From: Bacteroidales bacterium
GTDB lineage: Bacteria; Bacteroidota; Bacteroidia; Bacteroidales; WCHB1-69
NCBI GenBank assembly: GCA_017544105.1
Contig: JAFYEU010000099.1
Coordinates: 763-64,762, forward strand
Length of the DNA: 64,000 nt
Reading direction: 5' to 3'
A model generated the notes under the pieces. The model was not told the DNA's origin, ran no database searches, and worked only from the letters and a program-made list of their open reading frames with translations. Every line of letters begins with the position of its first letter. Position 1 is the first letter of the stretch. Both the position numbers and the translations under genes were made by a program. Shown piece by piece: positions 62,662-64,000 of this stretch.

Positions 62662-62940
62662 TTATTTGGAACCTTTGTCTTTTTGTCCTGCGTGTCCTCT
62701 GAATATACGGGTAGGAGCGAACTCGCCCAGCTTGTGGCCGACCATGTTTTCGGTAACATAGACCGGGATGAACTTGTTGCCGTTGTGCACTGCAATGGTG
62801 AGGCCTACGAAATCCGGAGAGATCATAGAGGCGCGGGACCAAGTCTTGATGGTCGATTTTTTGCCAGATGCTTGGGCGTCAAGTACGCGTTGTTCCAGTT
62901 TGTAGTGTATATAGGGACCTTTTTTTAATGAACGACTCAT
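62662..62940 (-). CDS. rpsS: 30S ribosomal protein S19
   Basis: [15 protein letters not shown]...[50 protein letters not shown]. Confidence 0.95.
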   Translation of the reverse strand: MSRSLKKGPYIHYKLEQRVLDAQASGKKSTIKTWSRASMISPDFVGLTIAVHNGNKFIPVYVTENMVGHKLGEFAPTRIFRGHAGQKDKGSK

Positions 62941-62958
62941 AGTATTAGGATTTTAAGA

Positions 62959-63783
62959 TTATTTCTTTCTTCTTTCAATGATATACTGGCTAGAGTTCTT
63001 CTTCGGATGTCTGGTCTTGTAACCCTTAGAAGGCATACCGTTGCGGGAGCGAGGATGTCCACCGGAGGCGCGACCTTCACCACCGCCCATCGGGTGATCA
63101 ACAGGGTTCATGACGACGCCACGGTTGCGCGGACGTCTGCCTAACCAGCGGCTTCTACCGGCCTTACCGGAAACCTCCAGGCTGTGGTCCACGTTGGATA
63201 CGATACCCACCGTAGCTTTGCAGGCGCAGAGGATCATACGGGTTTCGCCAGAGGGCAGCTTGATGACGGCATAACGGCCATCGCGGGACATCAGTTGGGC
63301 GTAAGAACCGGCACTGCGGGCGATCTTGGCACCCTGGCCAGGTCTCATCTCAATATTGTGGATGATGGAGCCGAGCGGAATCTCTCCGATAGGAAGGCAG
63401 TTGCCCAAATCGGGGGCGACACCGGTGCCGCTGGAGATCACCTGACCGACTTTGATGCCGTGAGGAGCCACGATGTAGCGTTTCTCACCATCGGCATAGA
63501 ACAGCAAGGCGATGCGAGCGGAACGGTTCGGATCGTATTCGATCGTCTTGACCGTTGCGGGAACTCCGTCTTTGTCACGTTTGAAATCGATAATACGGTA
63601 CATCTTCTTGTGACCGCCACCGCGGTACCGTACCGTCATTTTACCACTGTTGTTTCTTCCGCCTGTTTCATGTCTGGGACACAACAAACTCTTTTCCGGT
63701 TTGTTGGTGGTAATGTCATCAAATGCGCTGATTACTTTGAAGCGCTGACCCGGCGTTACTGGTTTGTACTTTTTTAATGCCAT
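62959..63783 (-). CDS. rplB: 50S ribosomal protein L2
   Basis: [15 protein letters not shown]...[13 protein letters not shown]...[12 protein letters not shown]. Length is 274 aa. Confidence 0.95.
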   Translation of the reverse strand: MALKKYKPVTPGQRFKVISAFDDITTNKPEKSLLCPRHETGGRNNSGKMTVRYRGGGHKKMYRIIDFKRDKDGVPATVKTIEYDPNRSARIALLFYADGEKRYIVAPHGIKVGQVISSGTGVAPDLGNCLPIGEIPLGSIIHNIEMRPGQGAKIARSAGSYAQLMSRDGRYAVIKLPSGETRMILCACKATVGIVSNVDHSLEVSGKAGRSRWLGRRPRNRGVVMNPVDHPMGGGEGRASGGHPRSRNGMPSKGYKTRHPKKNSSQYIIERRKK

Positions 63784-63788
63784 CTCTC

Positions 63789-64000
63789 TTAAATGTTACT
63801 GTAAAAATCAATTTTTTGTTCTTTGTCCACGAACACGTAGGCCTTCTTGAAGTTGTTCTTTTGGCCTGTGATGACGCCAGCCTTAGTGTTTCTGCTCGTG
63901 GCTTTTCCGCGCTGGATGAGCGTGTTCACGCGGACTACTTTCACTCCATAAACGGCTTCGATCTCTTGTTTGATTTCCGGCTTGGTGGCAGTGCGGGTCA
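63789..64000 (-). CDS. rplW: 50S ribosomal protein L23 (N-terminus off-window)
   Basis: The minus-strand frame reads ...[65 protein letters not shown] with the stop at 63789-63791. Confidence 0.85.
   Translation of the reverse strand, partial: TRTATKPEIKQEIEAVYGVKVVRVNTLIQRGKATSRNTKAGVITGQKNNFKKAYVFVDKEQKIDFYSNI

Overview
This is a Bacteroidota (Bacteroidales-like) chromosomal window. Evidence for that placement: many TAnnTTTG -7 promoter boxes, T9SS components and cargo, GldH, and signal peptides ending in AQ/SC. The sequence is GC-rich with densely packed genes. About 55 protein-coding genes are supportable, plus one tRNA-Leu(UAG) and the distal end of the S10 ribosomal-protein operon (rplW-rplB-rpsS). 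I recognised no rRNA, no CRISPR array, and no transposase or integrase gene. Gene content, left to right: a giant T9SS-sorted surface protein (5' partial); NamZ; a C69 dipeptidase; outer-membrane receptors; a small polysaccharide module (flippase, methyltransferase, GT4); gldH with a PSP1/RicT-like gene; an HhH/beta-barrel gene pair; recO; a PorZ-like protein; an FtsX-like permease with rbfA; SPFH, ROK and an ABC exporter; a CNNM/CBS protein; an envelope operon (FMN-binding protein plus two DUF4230 proteins); a metal-type TonB receptor with an HMA protein; a glycogen operon (debranching enzyme, GT4, GH57) headed by HdrA/HdrB-like genes; a Na/Pi transporter; an S41 peptidase; an O-antigen-ligase-like protein; tsaC; a PLP decarboxylase; an LRR protein; and an MBOAT pair. 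The most interesting region is a visibly AT-rich island of about 4.7 kb (38.2-42.8 kb). It holds orphan rhs C-terminal toxin cassettes with candidate immunity genes and is bracketed by a 78-bp inverted repeat (74/78 identical by eye). Related repeat modules sit at the head of each cassette, and one copy carries a consensus promoter box, so a recombining or invertible cassette array without a local recombinase is plausible. Other notable items: (1) a dispersed family of GTT-anchored tracts with 7- or 8-nt periodicity, often at junctions of truncated genes. (2) A probable fossil diversity-generating retroelement: a C-type-lectin/DUF1566-like lipoprotein directly followed by a doubly truncated reverse-transcriptase remnant. 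(3) Single-base frameshifts in the glycogen GT4 gene and in one toxin cassette. (4) The S10 operon ends after rpsS at a strong terminator instead of continuing into rplV. All alignments, repeat identities and composition statements were made by eye. Nothing was computed or searched against databases.
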